Origin: Candidatus Hydrogenedentota bacterium | Lineage (GTDB): Bacteria > Hydrogenedentota > Hydrogenedentia > Hydrogenedentales > SLHB01 | Direction of reading: 5' to 3' | Assembly: GCA_045863335.1 (NCBI GenBank) | Contig: BTVY01000006.1 | Coordinates: 64,001-128,000 of the forward strand | DNA: 64,000 nucleotides | Shown here: positions 1 to 9,106 of the stretch, one piece after another | How positions within the stretch are numbered: the first letter of the stretch is position 1 | How the letters are laid out: every line of letters starts with the position of its first letter | Program-made: the position numbers and the translations under genes | The notes under the pieces: generated by a model | Told to the model about the DNA's origin: nothing | What the model saw: the letters and a program-made list of their open reading frames with translations, nothing else | Databases searched by the model: none

Positions 1-698
1 TCGAGCAACGTATCGCGGAAGCCGCGCAGGTGGAACCACCCGCCGGCATGAGCAATGAAGTAGCCGTGGAACTGGACATGCTGCGCGAAGACCTGGCCGC
101 GCTCCGGGCGGAACTCGCGGAGGTACGCGTCTCGCCGGCCTCCGCCGCTCCTGCCGAGGCCTATAGCGCGCCGCCGCCTGCGCCGGCGCCACCGCCACCC
201 CGGCCGGACATGCACCGCGCAACGATCATGAACCTGGAACTGTCCGGCTTCGACAGCGACGGACGGCGCCGCCGCATGGGCGATATCCTCGTGGATGCAG
301 GCGTGTTGACGCAGGAGCAATTGGAGCACGCGCTACAGGAACAACAGGAACATCCGCAACGTAGGCTGGGCGCGATCCTCGTCGATCTAGGACATACGGA
401 AAGCGAGGTGGTCGCGCAGGTTCTCGCGTGTCAGTTGAAGCTTCCGTTTATCCATCTCGAAAGCGACGTGCCGGAAGAATCCGCCGTCCGCCTGGTCAAC
501 GGACGCCTGTGCCGTCATCACCACTGTATCCCGGTGCGGATCGAGGATGAAACGGTGATCCTCGCCATGTCGAATCCATTGGATTTGATCGCCATCGAAG
601 ATATCGAACTCGCCACCAGCCGTCGCGTCGACCCGGTCGTCGCCGCGGAACCCGATATCGCCAAGGCCATCGACTGGTTCTACGGCAGCGAAGGGTGA
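1..698 (+). CDS. 5'-truncated protein ending in an MshEN (c-di-GMP-binding) / T2SSE_N domain, with no ATPase domain
   Basis: Frame is open from the window edge. Tandem motifs RMGDILVDAGVLTQEQLEHALQEQ and RLGAILVDLG, then the GspE/PilB N-domain signature LAMSNPLDLIAIEDIE, then stop. Confidence 0.85.
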   Translation, partial: EQRIAEAAQVEPPAGMSNEVAVELDMLREDLAALRAELAEVRVSPASAAPAEAYSAPPPAPAPPPPRPDMHRATIMNLELSGFDSDGRRRRMGDILVDAGVLTQEQLEHALQEQQEHPQRRLGAILVDLGHTESEVVAQVLACQLKLPFIHLESDVPEESAVRLVNGRLCRHHHCIPVRIEDETVILAMSNPLDLIAIEDIELATSRRVDPVVAAEPDIAKAIDWFYGSEG

Positions 699-741
699 GC
701 GGGGCCCGCCGAGTATGATCGCATCACCTCTACAACTCCCC

Positions 742-795
742 AAATCGGTATCGAAATCGCTATCGGGATCGGTATCGATGTCTGAATCGAAATCG
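742..795. repeat. Intergenic hexamer tandem array (NNATCG) x9
   Basis: aaatcg gtatcg aaatcg ctatcg ggatcg gtatcg atgtct gaatcg aaatcg. Confidence 0.8.
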
Positions 796-923
796 ACAAG
801 GGATAGACAAGACAATCTGGATTCCAATCGCCCGAGCCAGTTTTTAGTAGTTCATGAGCAAGCCAACCGGTTCAGTGAAAGAACCGATCTTGAAGTTCGC
901 CAAAACCTGGGAGTATTTCTATC

Positions 924-1859
924 GTGAATCGCAGACAATTTCTTCAGTCCGGCGCCGCCGGAATCGCTGCCCTGGGTACGAGTGCCGCCGTCGCCGCGCC
1001 CGCCCCATCCCCGTTGTACCAGGATGGGCTAAGCCCCTGGCCCTTCGTGCTGAACGCCAGCACCATCCGCCCCACGCCGCTGGTCGACAAGATCCGCGTC
1101 GCCCACGAAACCGGATGGGACGGCATCGAGTTGTGGGTCCGCGAACTGGAAGAGTACGAACAGGCGGGTGGCAACCTGAAGGAACTCGGCCAGGACATCA
1201 CCGAACGGGGCATGTACGTGCCGAACGTCATCGGGTTGTGGGACTCCATCCCGGCCACGCAGGAAGAGTTTGACGCCATGCTGCCCACGTCGCGGGAACG
1301 CATGCGCATGTGCGCCGACGTGGGGTCGAAGCATGTCGCAGTGCTGCCGTTCCCGGACCGGGAAGATTACGATCACTATTGGGGCGCGGCCCGTTATGCG
1401 GACCTCCTCAAGATCAGCCGCGACGAGTATGGCGTCATCGGCGCCCTCGAATTCGTCGGATTCACGAAAGGGGTTAATCGGCTCGGCTTCGCCTCCGGCA
1501 TGGCCATCGACGCTAACGACAAGGATGCCTGCATCATCGCGGACACGTTCCACCTGTGGCGCGGCGGTTCCGGGTTCAACGGCATCCGCCACCTCAACGG
1601 GAAGTTCATCGCCGACTTCCATTGGAACGACGTCGGCCCCGAAGCCGATCCGAACACGGGCGGTGACGCCGACCGCATCTACCCCGGCGACGGTATCCTC
1701 CCGCTGGACGACGCGCTCCAACAACTCGCCGAGATCGGCTACACAGGACCGCTCTCCCTCGAACTGTTCAACCGCGCCCACTGGGAATCCGATCCCGTCG
1801 AAGTCGCCGCCAACGGCCTCGAAAAAATGCGCGCCAACGTCCGCTCCGCTATGGGCTAA
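924..1859 (+). CDS. Tat-exported sugar phosphate isomerase/epimerase family (xylose isomerase-like TIM barrel) protein
   Basis: GTG start with GGAG upstream. Signal MNRRQFL; motifs GWDGIELW, ALEF, DTFH, HWND, PGDG, SLELF. Confidence 0.9.
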   Translation: MNRRQFLQSGAAGIAALGTSAAVAAPAPSPLYQDGLSPWPFVLNASTIRPTPLVDKIRVAHETGWDGIELWVRELEEYEQAGGNLKELGQDITERGMYVPNVIGLWDSIPATQEEFDAMLPTSRERMRMCADVGSKHVAVLPFPDREDYDHYWGAARYADLLKISRDEYGVIGALEFVGFTKGVNRLGFASGMAIDANDKDACIIADTFHLWRGGSGFNGIRHLNGKFIADFHWNDVGPEADPNTGGDADRIYPGDGILPLDDALQQLAEIGYTGPLSLELFNRAHWESDPVEVAANGLEKMRANVRSAMG

Positions 1860-1881
1860 TCTAATCGAAAAGTATGAAAAG

Positions 1882-1917
1882 CCGGGGGAACCTTTTCTGA
1901 AGAAAAGGTTCCCCCGG
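1882..1917. repeat. Perfect palindrome (REP-like or terminator hairpin)
   Basis: ccgggggaaccttttct-ga-agaaaaggttcccccgg, 22 bp after the stop codon. Confidence 0.75.
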
Positions 1918-2006
1918 ACCCCCTCCAAAAGACTTTGATTTTGCTTCGCAATGCAAGTGGAGCACCAGCTCCGTGCCTTACTTCTCACTGCGAAGTTGGA
2001 TACTCA

Positions 2007-2394
2007 CCCCGGACGGGGCGGAAGACTGTAGCTCATCGCAGCATAGGCGCAGTCCAGTCCGAACGACTAATAAGATTTAACTCGGCTCAGGGCTATAACC
2101 CGTCACTTGAGCGCAGATGTCCAAGGCAGCCCCGGACGGGGCGACCCGATTGTAGCCCAGCGCAGCAAAGCCGCAATCAAATCCGAAATCCGAAGCACGA
2201 GATCCTAAACAAATTCCAATGCTCGAAATCCGAAAAACCAAAACTAAGGGAATGAGTTCGTGCGACTTCGCTGGACGTCTCTGGCGCAGCCCCGGACGGG
2301 GCGGAGGGCTGTAGCCCAGGGTGGAGCGAGGCACGAGCGGAACCCTGGGATCACGAACCCCACTACCATCGAGCCCCCGAATGGGGGCGACAGA
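2007..2394 (+). repeat. Cluster of REP/BIME-like units
   Basis: Three copies of ccccggacggggcg (2007, 2130, 2290), each followed by tgtagc(t/c)ca. The third continues into a cccaggg...ccctggg stem and gcccccgaatgggggc. Same family as 45005-45110. Confidence 0.8.
2179..2244 (+). repeat. Solo heptamer array (AAATCCG-type, with AAAC hinge)
   Basis: aaatccg aaatccg aagcacg agatcct aaac aaattcc aatgctc...; same layout as the arms at 38772-38946. Confidence 0.75.
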
Positions 2395-2454
2395 AACTAC
2401 ATCAATCCGTCATCGTCGACGCGCATTGCTACGCCGACTGAAAGCGCGCGCATT

Positions 2455-3237
2455 TCAGAGTTTTGCGGTCGCCGTCGTGCTTCCAGCGACCCGGCGCGCG
2501 GCCACCAGATAACCGATACAAAACAACGCCAACCCGATCGCTGCCAGGACATGCGGCATCCGCCAGTCAAAAAGCGGTGGAATCATCAAGGTGAACAGGA
2601 GCGGCTTCAGGAGTTCCCAAGCAATAGCGAGAACGACGATAGACGCTCCGATGACTTGAAGCCGAATCGACCAATGGCGGTCACTTCGATACCGCGTGAT
2701 GGCGCCAATTAGGGCGAACCCGCACGAGAACGCGGCGATTAAATAAATCACAATGTAGATTGCCATGGGGTTACCGCCGGTTTTCGGGTAGCGGTATGCG
2801 GGATCGTTTAGCTCCAACAAAGATCGCGGCTCATCGAGCCTCGCCCGATCCACTTTGCCGGACGTATCGAATTCGACAAAGATGGTCCTGTCATGCTCCT
2901 CGTCTACAAGTTCAGCGTCATGGCGGTGGAGGTAAAAGCCCCAGGAGGAGCCCAGAAATGCGTCCTCGTCTTTGCCGGCATATTCCTGGAATTCCGCGTC
3001 AGGATCGCCCAGGAGTTCTCTGACGCGTTCCTTATCCATTCCGATCTCAAGCTTTGGAAATGCTTCGACAATCCGCTCTTGCCTTGAAGCAGGTGCGTCA
3101 TACGGAAAACTCGGGATGCTGTCGATGAAGGACCCGAAACCGAACTCGGGACCGGTGACACTGACGGAGCCGCCCGAGTAACAACCCAGGGCAAGCGCGA
3201 TCAGAGTGATGGACCAGAATTGGGCCGTCACCTTCAT
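2455..3237 (-). CDS. Hypothetical lipoprotein: BamE/SmpA-like segment plus C-terminal transmembrane helices
   Basis: GGAGG before the ATG at 3237; lipobox-like LALGC; LEIGMDKERVRELLGDPD; three hydrophobic C-terminal segments. Confidence 0.6.
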   Translation of the reverse strand: MKVTAQFWSITLIALALGCYSGGSVSVTGPEFGFGSFIDSIPSFPYDAPASRQERIVEAFPKLEIGMDKERVRELLGDPDAEFQEYAGKDEDAFLGSSWGFYLHRHDAELVDEEHDRTIFVEFDTSGKVDRARLDEPRSLLELNDPAYRYPKTGGNPMAIYIVIYLIAAFSCGFALIGAITRYRSDRHWSIRLQVIGASIVVLAIAWELLKPLLFTLMIPPLFDWRMPHVLAAIGLALFCIGYLVAARRVAGSTTATAKL

Positions 3238-3362
3238 GCTCTCATCCTCCAAGTAGCATTCCGAGCCTTTCGTGCCAACGCCACGACCTGTCGGCGTGGC
3301 TGGTGCCGTATCGCAAGGGTATCACGGAGCAGTAAATCCAGCAATGGCCCAGCAATGTCTCT

Positions 3363-3386
3363 GTAGGCCCGGATTCCACACCGGGC
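3363..3386 (+). repeat. GTAG-family REP
   Basis: GTAG followed by GCCCGG-attccaca-CCGGGC. Confidence 0.6.
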
Positions 3387-3394
3387 GAATGGCA

Positions 3395-6133
3395 CTACTC
3401 GGACTTACCCAATCTCGCGTACACCTCCGGTTCCATCGCCTGGAACAGGGTCCATACGCAGGAGTTGGAGTAGTAGTTGATCCCCCACTTGATGGCGCCG
3501 GTGTCGCGGTCGAGGCTCCAGGGGATGTTCCAGGGCGTCTTGTGGTTCAGCGCAACGTTGGCGTAGCTGCGGTCGAAGAGATCCATGGCGTCTTCGGCGC
3601 GGCCGGCGAAGGCGGCCATGGCGCAGAAGTTCCAGACTTCGCCGATGGTGATGACGGCGGAGTGATCGTGGAAGGACGTGTCGACGCTGCCGTCGGGCTT
3701 GACGCCGTTGACCGCGCCGTAGGGTGTCGCTTGCGCGTTGAGCCGCAACACGGAATCGATGACGGAATCGATCCGTTCGTGCGGCACCAACTCGCCCAGG
3801 CCGCTCGCATAAGCGAACCATTGTCCGCAGAGCGCGTTGGTCAACGAGGTGTCGCTGGCGGGGCGGTCACCGGTGCCGCTGTAGAGTCGGTAGTACTCGC
3901 CGGTCCACAGCTTGTCGTTGTACGCCGCCACGCCGCGGTCAAACCAATCCTGCAACTCCGCCGTGAAGGCCGCATCGTCCTGCCGCTCGGCCATCGCGAT
4001 CCCCGCTTTCAACGCGCCGAGCCAAATGCTCGCGGTGTACGCGCTGGTGCCCCACCAGGGCCAGATGTCGTAGTACTGGTTCGCGGGGAAGCCCGTTTCG
4101 CTCCCGGGGGCTTCGTTGATGAGCCCGTCGCCGTCCGTGTCGAGGGTCATGCAGAAGCGCAGCGCGTCCTTCACCGACGAGTACGCATTATCGAGGTACG
4201 CTTCGTTCTGCCATAACTGGTAATTGCGCCACGCGAGCAACACGTACTCCGACGATACGATGGGGATCTGCAGGTGCATCATGGGCGTCTGCGTGCCGGC
4301 GGGCGTGCCGAAGCCGAAAGCGATCTGCCCGTTCTCACCCTGCCACTTTGCGAACTCGCGCATGGTCGCCTTCTCGCATTCCGGGAAGAGCAGCGCCAGC
4401 GGAAAGGACCCGTTGAAACGGCAGACCAGCGTCTCCGTGATGGGACATCCTGTAAACGATTCGCTCTGGAAAAACCGGCCATCGTCCAGCCACCACGAGT
4501 TGCGCGGCAGGATGTAGAGACTGTTGATGACGGCATCGTTGAGCGCTGGCGACGCATCGCTCGCGTAGACTTGGGACTGCCACTGGACAACGTGATGGTC
4601 GACCATCGCATGCTGCGGCAACGCATACTCCAGCACCTCGTACGCGCTATCAAAACGCTTCGCATACCGGTGACGCAACGCTTCGCCGTCGCTCGATTCC
4701 CAGGTGGGGAAATACCACGCCAGCGCGAAGGTGACTTCCGCGATCTCGCCGGGTTGCAGCGTGCGTGCGGCGGTCGCGCGCAAGACCTCGCCGAACTTGT
4801 TTTCGAATTGCCAACCGTTACCTGACGCGCCGAGCGCGTAACTCCCGCCGCGGACGGTGAAGACGTCGGCACCGTAGCGGACAATTTCTGGCGGCGCGCC
4901 CGATCCATCGACCGCGACCAGTTGCCGCCGGTCCATGGCGATATGCGCGTTGGGCCAGGTGCTCACGATGTACTCGTCCGGTTCCCCCATCAGCGCGACC
5001 GCGACACTCGCACCAGCGGATTCGACGACCACGCGCTTGCCGTTCGCGACCCACGCTGCGCGATCGTCTCCTTCCTTGCCGGGACCGCCGATGTCGACGT
5101 TGGCTGCAAATGCGAACCGCAGATCCGGAATGGCTTCGTCAGTGCGATTCGTGATCGCGTAGTCCAACGCAATCGTGTTGTGACCCGCCCGCCGCACGGT
5201 CACCGTTACCGCGATCCGATCGTCGGCGGTGATCAGCACTCCATCGCGCGGCGCAATCGAGAACGGCACATTAGGACCGCGCCCGGCCTTCTGTTCGTCG
5301 TACTCGATCTGCCAGAGCAGTTGGCCGATGGTTGGCGCTCCCGCAAATACCGCGGACTCCTCTTTGTGCGCGTCCCAGACGAATCCGCCGTACGGATCCA
5401 GATAGAAACTCGTCACGTCATCGAAAGCGAACGCCAGACCCTGCGGCACCGATTCGCCTTCGAGCGATTGTGGTTCTCCGGAGACGCTATCGGGCAGATC
5501 ATTTGCTTCCGTCGCGAACGCGAGCACCGGCGTCACGTGCCAGGTCTCGCCGGGAGCCAGCGATTCGCGCCGCCAAGCAAGGGCGGCCTCCACGTTGCCT
5601 TCGGCCTTGTTCGCCCGCGGGGGATTGAGGTCCCATTGCAGGCCAAGCTCGACCGGGATCGGCTCGCTGCCCGTGTTGTTTACGCGGTACCGGAAGAAGG
5701 CGACAGGTAACTCAGACAAACTGTAATCATGCGGAACGAGCGGCGCGTAGGCCCGAAGCGAGACTTCGACCGGGTCGAGCACATCTTCCAGCGTCACATC
5801 CGCCGCGGGTACGTGCCCCCAGAATCGTACTCCGTCGATTGGCGCGGACTCCGCCAGGAACTCGGCGCGCTTCTCGCCGGCCTGGACATACCATCCGCTC
5901 TGCGATCCCACCGGGGCGGGCCGCAGGTAGTTGTTTTCCACGGTGGACTCGCCGAAGCGTCCATCCGAACGAAGGTCGATATACCCCGTGCCCAGCGCCC
6001 CCAGGGGCAGCGCGCTCTGCGCTTCGCCGTTCTCAAACCAGACCCCGCTGACCGGCACGTCGTAGCCGGGCGCGTCGAAGGTCTGAAATTCGGCGGCCGC
6101 GCAAACGATGGACGCAATAAGAAGGTGCAACAT
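3395..6133 (-). CDS. Secreted GH116-like glycoside hydrolase
   Basis: Signal peptide; N-domain LPLGALGTGYIDL; catalytic-domain motifs DTDGDGLI, NQYYDIWPWWGTSAY, LWTGEYY, LCGQWFA. Confidence 0.85.
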   Translation of the reverse strand: MLHLLIASIVCAAAEFQTFDAPGYDVPVSGVWFENGEAQSALPLGALGTGYIDLRSDGRFGESTVENNYLRPAPVGSQSGWYVQAGEKRAEFLAESAPIDGVRFWGHVPAADVTLEDVLDPVEVSLRAYAPLVPHDYSLSELPVAFFRYRVNNTGSEPIPVELGLQWDLNPPRANKAEGNVEAALAWRRESLAPGETWHVTPVLAFATEANDLPDSVSGEPQSLEGESVPQGLAFAFDDVTSFYLDPYGGFVWDAHKEESAVFAGAPTIGQLLWQIEYDEQKAGRGPNVPFSIAPRDGVLITADDRIAVTVTVRRAGHNTIALDYAITNRTDEAIPDLRFAFAANVDIGGPGKEGDDRAAWVANGKRVVVESAGASVAVALMGEPDEYIVSTWPNAHIAMDRRQLVAVDGSGAPPEIVRYGADVFTVRGGSYALGASGNGWQFENKFGEVLRATAARTLQPGEIAEVTFALAWYFPTWESSDGEALRHRYAKRFDSAYEVLEYALPQHAMVDHHVVQWQSQVYASDASPALNDAVINSLYILPRNSWWLDDGRFFQSESFTGCPITETLVCRFNGSFPLALLFPECEKATMREFAKWQGENGQIAFGFGTPAGTQTPMMHLQIPIVSSEYVLLAWRNYQLWQNEAYLDNAYSSVKDALRFCMTLDTDGDGLINEAPGSETGFPANQYYDIWPWWGTSAYTASIWLGALKAGIAMAERQDDAAFTAELQDWFDRGVAAYNDKLWTGEYYRLYSGTGDRPASDTSLTNALCGQWFAYASGLGELVPHERIDSVIDSVLRLNAQATPYGAVNGVKPDGSVDTSFHDHSAVITIGEVWNFCAMAAFAGRAEDAMDLFDRSYANVALNHKTPWNIPWSLDRDTGAIKWGINYYSNSCVWTLFQAMEPEVYARLGKSE

Positions 6134-6204
6134 GGCGAGGACTCCCCCAATGATTCCATAGCCCGTTTACGACCATAGCACAAATGAATGTAGCTGCGGT
6201 CCCG

Positions 6205-6645
6205 CTAAAGCTGCGTTCCGTCTCGTTCGCCTTGTGAACCTGGTCCCTTTTGGTGCTGCACGTTACGCCGCATCATCCCTGTCGACGGTCGCATGCCCAG
6301 TCGCGTGTAGAAGGGTTGCATGTTCGGATGACACACGAAATCGACCATATACAGATCGCCAATCTCGTCAAGAATCCGCCGCACCAACTCTTCCCCCACA
6401 CCGTGCCCGCGGTATTCGGGCAACACTTCCAGAAAGGGAATCGATGCGCTCAGCACGTGATCGCACATGGCGGTGACAAACCCGGCTACGCGGTCTTTCT
6501 CGTCATCAATGGCGAGAACGACGTGGCTACTGTTTTCCAGCAGTTTCATATGGGTCTCGGGCCAGGGCGGATTCTGCCACCCTACGAAAAACCCTTTCAG
6601 CTTGTCCGGCGAAATCCCTTCCAGGGATGTTGTGTATGTGATCAT
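6205..6645 (-). CDS. GNAT family N-acetyltransferase
   Basis: LEVLPEYRGHGVG acetyl-CoA motif; FYTRLG; AGGAG RBS. Confidence 0.9.
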   Translation of the reverse strand: MITYTTSLEGISPDKLKGFFVGWQNPPWPETHMKLLENSSHVVLAIDDEKDRVAGFVTAMCDHVLSASIPFLEVLPEYRGHGVGEELVRRILDEIGDLYMVDFVCHPNMQPFYTRLGMRPSTGMMRRNVQHQKGPGSQGERDGTQL

Positions 6646-6733
6646 GCAAACTACTCCTCAAGGGGGATTTTGGCTTTTGGGATGAACGAACAGTATGGCA
6701 AAAACGGGGCTCTTATGGCCAATCGAGTTCGAC

Positions 6734-8440
6734 TCAATGCGACGGAAGAAGTTCCCGCGCGCGGTCCAGAGCGAGATCGATATTCCCTAACACGTTGCCT
6801 GCCAACGTGTCACCGAACAGACCGCTCCGCTCCAGGGCCTCCCGAACATGGGGGTTCACGCCCGACAACAGCAGTACCGTTCCCTGCCGGGCGCATTTGT
6901 CGTGAAACTCATCCAGGGCGTGCATTCCCGTGGCATCGATGGCGGGCACTTTCCGCATGCGCAAGATGAAGATCCGCGGCGGCGGTTCGACTTGACGCAA
7001 CACGTCTTTCAATCGATCCGCCACGCCGAAGAAGAAGGGCCCCGTGATTTCGTAGACCTCCACCCCGTGCGGCACCACCTTCTTGGCCACGGCATCGGGA
7101 TCATCCGGTTCATCCCAGCCGCCATTCCCATCTTCGAGTTCCCGCGCGATGTCGACGATATTCGACACCTCCGTCATACGTTTCATGAAAAGGATGGACG
7201 CCAATACGACGCCGACGCCAACCGCCACGGTGAGGTCCATAAACACCGTGAGCCCGAAGGTCGTCAACAAAACCGCAATGTCGCTCCCCGGAGCGCGCAG
7301 AATGGACCGGAAATGATCGATCTCGCTCATGTTCCACGCGACCATCATCAATACCGCGGCGAGCGTAGCCAATGGGATCGTGGAAGCGAGGGGTGCGAGC
7401 GCGGCCATGATGACAAGCAGGATTGCCGCGTGAACGATGCCGGCCAGGGGTGTGCGCCCCCCGGTCTTGATGTTGGCGACAGTGCGGGCGATCGCGCCCG
7501 TGGCTGGAATCCCTCCAAAGACCACGGATGCCAGGTTCGCCGAGCCTTGGGCGACGAGTTCGCAGTCCGCCTTGTGGCGGCCGCCGATCATGCCGTCCGC
7601 CACCACTGCAGAAAGGAGCGATTCAATGGCCGCGAGCAGCGCGATGGTGGTCGCTTCCGGTACGAGTTCACGCACGAGTTCAAAGCTGAACGCAGGTAGA
7701 TGGGGCGCCGGCAAAGTCCGCGGAATTTCCCCGAACCGGGATCCGATGGTGTCTACCGGGAGTCCCAGAAACCACACGAGAACCGAAGCGAGGACGACCG
7801 CGACGATTGCTCCGGGTATGCGTGGCGCAAACCGGCGCAGCACGATCATGATAGCCAAGGAACCTGCGCCGACCACGAGCGGCGCCGCCTGCCAGGTGGC
7901 GGCATGCTCGGCATAGACTCGCCATTTCTCGACAAACTCCGCGGGAACGGGCCCCATGGCAAGACCGAAGAAATCCTTGATCTGCGAGGAGAAGATGATC
8001 ACCGCGATTCCCGACGTGAATCCCGTCGTTACCGGGTACGGAATGAACTTGATCATGGCGCCGAATCGCGCCAAGCCCATGATGATCATGATGACCCCGG
8101 CCATCATGGTGGCCGTCGCCAGTCCGGCAAACCCGTGTCGCGCAGCGATGTCGTAAACGATGACGATAAAGGCCCCCGTCGGCCCGGCGATCTGGACCCG
8201 GCTTCCGCCGAACACCGAAACCAGAAACCCGGCTACAACGGCGGTGTACAGGCCTACCGCCGGCGGCGAGACCCCGTCAGCAGCCGCGACCGATTCCGGA
8301 ATGGATGCGATTCCAAACGCCATGGCCAGGGGGAGCGCGATTATCCCCACCGTCAGCCCGGCAAGGAGATCGGATACCAGACGTCCGCGGTTGTACCCCT
8401 CGCGGACGCACACAACAGATTTCGGCAGGAAACGGGGCAT
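6734..8440 (-). CDS. sulP: SulP-family anion transporter with STAS domain
   Basis: DLLAGLTVGIIALPLAMAF, QIAGPTGAF, PATGAIART; STAS motifs GPFFFG and IDATG. Confidence 0.95.
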   Translation of the reverse strand: MPRFLPKSVVCVREGYNRGRLVSDLLAGLTVGIIALPLAMAFGIASIPESVAAADGVSPPAVGLYTAVVAGFLVSVFGGSRVQIAGPTGAFIVIVYDIAARHGFAGLATATMMAGVIMIIMGLARFGAMIKFIPYPVTTGFTSGIAVIIFSSQIKDFFGLAMGPVPAEFVEKWRVYAEHAATWQAAPLVVGAGSLAIMIVLRRFAPRIPGAIVAVVLASVLVWFLGLPVDTIGSRFGEIPRTLPAPHLPAFSFELVRELVPEATTIALLAAIESLLSAVVADGMIGGRHKADCELVAQGSANLASVVFGGIPATGAIARTVANIKTGGRTPLAGIVHAAILLVIMAALAPLASTIPLATLAAVLMMVAWNMSEIDHFRSILRAPGSDIAVLLTTFGLTVFMDLTVAVGVGVVLASILFMKRMTEVSNIVDIARELEDGNGGWDEPDDPDAVAKKVVPHGVEVYEITGPFFFGVADRLKDVLRQVEPPPRIFILRMRKVPAIDATGMHALDEFHDKCARQGTVLLLSGVNPHVREALERSGLFGDTLAGNVLGNIDLALDRARELLPSH

Positions 8441-8595
8441 CTTCGTTCAATCGCTCCCCAATCACTGCAACTCGGTAAATGCAGTGATCTTGTGTATTGT
8501 TATTGGATTTCTACGTGACAAAGGAAAAAGGGGGCGCAGTGTAGATCGGCCTCGGTACCCGTTTCAAAAATGCGATCTGAGTTCGCTAGCGAACC

Positions 8596-8748
8596 GGAGG
8601 GCGGGTCTTCCAACCCGCCCAGCCGAGGGATTTTTAACTTGGTCCACCAATGCGCTCATCTCTCTGTGCCCAGGATAGCCTTCCCCAATCGCCGGCCCCC
8701 GGGTCGACCTGAAGGCCCGGGCGGAGCGGGTTGGAAAACCCGCTCTCC
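8596..8748. repeat. Inverted pair of GGAG-type REPs (REPIN-like)
   Basis: ggagggcgggtcttccaacccgccc (8596-8620) and its reverse-complement copy at 8723-8748; a third copy lies at 46329-46351. Confidence 0.75.
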
Positions 8749-8878
8749 GTTGGCAAAGCGCCCATCCCGTGTTAGAATGAATACGACGGAGTTGGTCAGG
8801 AACGATGCGCCATGTAGTTCCAACGGCCCGACGCGGTTCGGCCGGGCACTCGCATTCCGAGAGTACGGGAGACTGTTG

Positions 8879-9073
8879 ATGCCTACCTTCGAGTACCACG
8901 CCATTCGGGCCGAAGGCGACGAAGAGAAGTCATTTGTGGGGGGAGTCGTCGTTGCGAAGTCGCGCCACGAAGCCAAGGAGAAGCTCCGTGAATTGGGCTT
9001 GAAGGCGACCATGTTAAAAAAGGCCCGGGGGGTCATGGCCCTCCTGAAGTGGCTGGACGCCGACATCCGTTAA
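8879..9073 (+). CDS. Small protein (64 aa) resembling the N-terminal domain of PilC/GspF
   Basis: GGGAGA RBS; MPTFEYHAIRAEG...GGVVVAKSRHEAKEKLRELGL. Confidence 0.6.
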   Translation: MPTFEYHAIRAEGDEEKSFVGGVVVAKSRHEAKEKLRELGLKATMLKKARGVMALLKWLDADIR

Positions 9074-9106
9074 CCAACGCATGGCTCGCTGGGAAGGACT
9101 AGCTGC

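Noticed and set aside
1935-2712. ORFs over the REP cluster (1935-2255, 2077-2334, 2260-2712)
   Set aside because: Translations of repeat DNA or antisense to a better-supported gene.
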